Source: Selaginella moellendorffii (Eukaryota; Plantae; Lycopodiophyta). Taken from it: DNA of 64,000 nucleotides. This document shows, piece after piece, positions 60,429 through 64,000 of this stretch. A model generated the notes under the pieces. That model was not told the DNA's origin and did not search any database. It was given only the letters and a program-made list of their open reading frames with translations. The stretch is taken from NCBI RefSeq assembly GCF_000143415.4, contig NW_003314355.1:453410-517409 (forward strand), read 5' to 3'. The position numbers and the translations under genes are program-made. Numbering within the stretch: position 1 is the first letter of the stretch; every line of letters begins with the position of its first letter.

Positions 60429-63400
60429 ATGGCCTTCAGGGTTGGGGAAAAGGTTTACATTTTGAATGGTGGGAAGAGAGTTGCAAAAGGGACCCTTGTG
60501 TCTATGGATCGGAACTTTGTTATACACTGTCAAAGGCTTGGGGAAGGCAATGCTGCTGTATCAGTAGAGACTGCCTTCGATGGGAATGTGGTCGCTATTG
60601 AACGAGGAGAGATGGTCGTCGGGGTAAATGTTGTTGTTGCCTTGAAAAATCTTCAGAAAAAAGCAGATGTTGGGGACAGCGCAAGTGCGACGCATGTTCC
60701 CTCCGTGGATCTTAAGAACCGTGCTACATGGATTCAGGCAAAGGTGTTTCTAAATAACCCCGAGGGGGAGGTGGTAGCTGAGGGCTTAGCTACAGTTGTC
60801 GATCCAAGAGATGCGGTTGCTAATCAAGAATTGGGCTGGGATGATATTGGAGTTGCGATTTTAGAGGTTGTTGACACAGAAGAAAACAGTCTGACTATTG
60901 GAAGCATTGTGCGGTGGAAATTGAGGCACTTAGTGTTTGAGAATGTGAAGGATTCACAATCAAACACCACTACAACTGATGACAGAACATCTCTTCATGG
61001 GAAAAGAAAGTACACCTTCCTAAAGCGCAGCCAAAGGGATCTGAGCAACGAACCGAAAAGGCAGAAAATGGCGATGGAGGTTCGAATGGTCTCGACAGTT
61101 GCTTGTTGCAAGAGGAGGTGCTGTCAACATGCTGATTGGGATGCTATTGAAGAGGAGAGAGCAAGATACAAGACATTGTCCTGGAAGGCAGCTCGCAATT
61201 TTGTGTATGAGGCATTACGGTCATCTGTTGATGCTTCAGAACATCAGGTGGGGGGCATGGTCTTCCAGAGGGGTTTGGTCTGCATGAAGGCATGGAGAAT
61301 CATTTATGGAGTCCCTCGAACCACATTCTACAGAATCAAAACTGAGTTCGAGGAACAAAGGGTTCAACAGGCAGTCCATGGGAACGACGGTACGCACAAA
61401 ACCAGGGGTCATGTTGTATATGGAGAGGCAATCTTCAAGAGGTTTGTCGAGACATGTAGCGAGCAGCAACCACATAAAACCCGCCTCTTGGAAGATGGAA
61501 CACGAGACACCCAACGAGTTCTCCCTTCCATGTATACCAAGGGGGCCATATTGGAAGATGTGAATCGGGAACTCCAGAGTAATGGCTACAGGAAGCTGAG
61601 CCAATCTAGATTTAGTAGATTGTGGAGCAACAAGTTCAGGGATGTGAGTATAGGAAAGTACTCCAGCTTTTCAAAGTGTGACGAGTGCACTGCTATCAAA
61701 ATGGCTTTGTCGAAGAATTCTTGCAGCGCTCAAGAGCGAGAGACGTTGGTTAGAAGGCGGCTCGACCACAACATCGAGCAGAGAAGCTGCAGGACTGCAT
61801 ATTATCATAACAGGATTCTCTCCATGGAGAGACCTGACTCTTACCTCTGCATCATCCACGACAAAATGGACCAGAAAAAGACGTGCTTACCTCGACTCAA
61901 TCCTGCCCCCAAGGCAATCTCTTCATCCATGCAGCTGCCTGTGTCTCTGTTTGGCATAATCGCTCATGGGCATGGTGCCCAGAACTATGGGAACTTCTTT
62001 GTACCTCTATGGGGTGGCGGGGGTGCAAACATGATGATTGCGTCCCTAGCAAAACACTTAAGGTCTCTACAAAGTGCGCAGACTGAGCTGAACGGCCAAC
62101 CCTTGCATAAGGCCCTTGTCGATCGAACCCCATACAGGGTTCAGCTGGAGGAGGAGCAAAGGCTTGCAGTATCGCGTGGGGCCCCATGCCATCCCAGTGA
62201 ATATGTTGGCCGTCAGATTGTAGGGTTATCACGTGAGGCCTCATGCCATTCCGACGAGGCTGGTCGCTCGGTGAATGCACAGCCTCATCCAAACGAAGCA
62301 GAATCTCAAGGAAGTTCTTGCAGCCGATGTGGCCTTCCACCCCATCTTCTGCTCCAAACAGACAATGCTGGCAGTGAGAACAAAAACATGTACGTCTTCG
62401 CGTACTTGGCGATGCTTGTTGCCAAAGGCATATTTGAAACGGTTACACTTGGCTTTCTCATGGTTGGGCACACTCATGAAGACGTCGATGCCATGTTCAG
62501 TCACCTGGCAGAGTCCCTCCGGCGATCCAATGTCCTCACCCTCCCACAACTCTACGATCAATTCCAAAATTGCATCAAAGGCACTGTTGAAGCTGCACTT
62601 CTGACAGAGGTTCCAGACTTTAAGGGGTTTGTAAGAGGCTACATCAGGGATGGATCCGAAACGCTGATTGGCCACTCCAAGCCTCTTCAGTTTCATTTCA
62701 GCATGTGTGACGGTGCTCCAGTGATGAGGTACAAGATGAGAGAATGGGACACAGTGTGGCTGCCAGTGGACGGCATTGAACTCTTCAAGAGAGATCCCAT
62801 AACTGGGGAACCTATGATTCCTTAGGGTTCCCCACGGCCGATGCACCCGGATGGACTCAAAGACCAGGAAAGTATAGTGGCCGGGATTAGACAGCATATT
62901 GCCTTCTGGAAGAGGGGGTTGGTGTTTGGTGGAGAATCCTATTTTCAGAGGTGCAAGCCTTTGCTCGAATACTGGGAGAAGATTATATCTGCTATCCAAA
63001 ATGGGCCGGTTGTATATGAAGAATTGGAAGAGTCCTTTTGGCCAGAACCCAGAGCACCAGATAGTAGCGGAACAATGTCCTCTGGAAATGCAGTGACAGA
63101 TAACGATGTTGAGGATCACTATTGTGGGCCGAGGAACAAGAAGCCGGATTCAGCATTCAATCCAGTACAGGTCTGCAAAGGAATGGTCGTGCTTGTCAGA
63201 CCCAGTAATAAAAAACAAATGATATGGGTGGGGCGCTGCATCACTGATGCAAAGGAGGACGCGGAAACTAACTCCTTCAATGTAACTGTGGAGTGGTTCA
63301 AGCCAAGTTCCGGATATACGAAGGATTGCCTAGAAAAGAGATGGGTGCTGAATCCAAGGGATCCCAGCATGAGCATATCGGTGGATAATGTTGTGCATGG

Positions 63401-63570
63401 TTGGATGCGGAAGCAGAGTGCCACCATCACCTTGCCAGACCATGCAAGAGATGCAGCAAGAGCATTCATAACCCGGGTTCAAGGTGAGATTCATGAATAT
63501 TCCTTTACTAAGTTTCTAATGTATTTTATTTCAAGGTGAACAATCCGAATCTGAATCAGAGGAGGCGTGA
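60429..63570 (+). pseudogene. Sola-type DDD transposase, copy 2 (intact ATG; single premature TAG at 62823)
   Basis: ORFs 60429-62825 and 62841-63483, plus a final exon 63536-63570 after intron 63484-63535; same motifs as copy 1. Confidence 0.87.
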
Positions 63571-64000
63571 TGGCATGTGGCCTTACGCCATTCCTAGGTG
63601 AGATGATACAAATAACAAGTATAAATTCTTAGTTGTTCTAGCAAATCTTACTTAAAGTTCAAGGTGAACAAGCCGAATATGAATTCATCGGATTGTTATA
63701 ACAAATTGCGAGGTGATGGCATGAGGCGATACGCCATTTGAGAGTGGTAGCCATTCCTATATGAGGTGAGTGAAGTATTTATTAGAAATACCTCATTCAA
63801 TTGTGCACTTCTAAGTCTTGGTCCACTTAGTACTGTTTGCATGTTTCTATTTTAATTCTTTCTCTAAAATGTTATTTAGCATGTGGCTTCATGCCATTGC
63901 TCTCCACAATCATGCATTGAATTTCTATCCTTGCATAATACTTCTCCATATATATAGCATGTGCGCACATGTGATATGGTTCATTAGGCCTGATATAGTG

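Larger units (their letters stand above)
51352..64000 (+). mobile_element. Sola-type DNA transposon, copy 2 (right end outside the window)
   Basis: Identical left TIR at 51352-51375; colinear and highly similar to copy 1; predicted TSD CCCC. Confidence 0.92.

Noticed and set aside
32596-64000. The two Sola copies as a segmental duplication or assembly duplicate
   Set aside because: Similarity starts exactly at the TIR, the flanks differ, and the copies have distinct SNPs and indels.

Overview
Plant genomic DNA. The very short (47-57 nt) GT-AG introns, a CYP88A-like relic, a Tcn1-like chromovirus and CCCTAAA repeats suggest a lycophyte such as Selaginella (inference). The first ~4 kb holds decayed host genes: a CYP88A/KAO-like P450 pseudogene and an unidentified relic. 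From ~4.5 kb onward the window is a deeply nested transposon cluster. A Ty3/gypsy chromovirus (family A, 7671-50918, TSD TAGGA) contains a second A copy (10784-46501, TSD CGAGG). That copy contains a non-autonomous LARD-like element B, a self-priming Tcn1-like element C, a TRIM and a complete 13.2-kb Sola-type DNA transposon (32596-45825; 24-bp TIRs, 4-bp TSD AGTT). A second Sola copy starts at 51352 and runs off the window. The most novel system is the Sola element. Divergent from its transposase it carries one 11-exon, ~1624-aa gene fusing a ParB/Srx-like domain, a degenerate beta-class amino-methyltransferase-like domain, an acidic linker and an FCP1/NIF-type HAD phosphatase. The element is studded with >25 copies of a 20-bp palindrome (TGGCRTGWGGCCWCAYGCCA), a candidate parS-like or anti-silencing self-recognition site. 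Second highlight: family A has two short spliceosomal introns inside its integrase, plus a tRNA-like multi-hairpin shared with element B. Domain calls come from motif recognition by eye and need HMM or structural confirmation.
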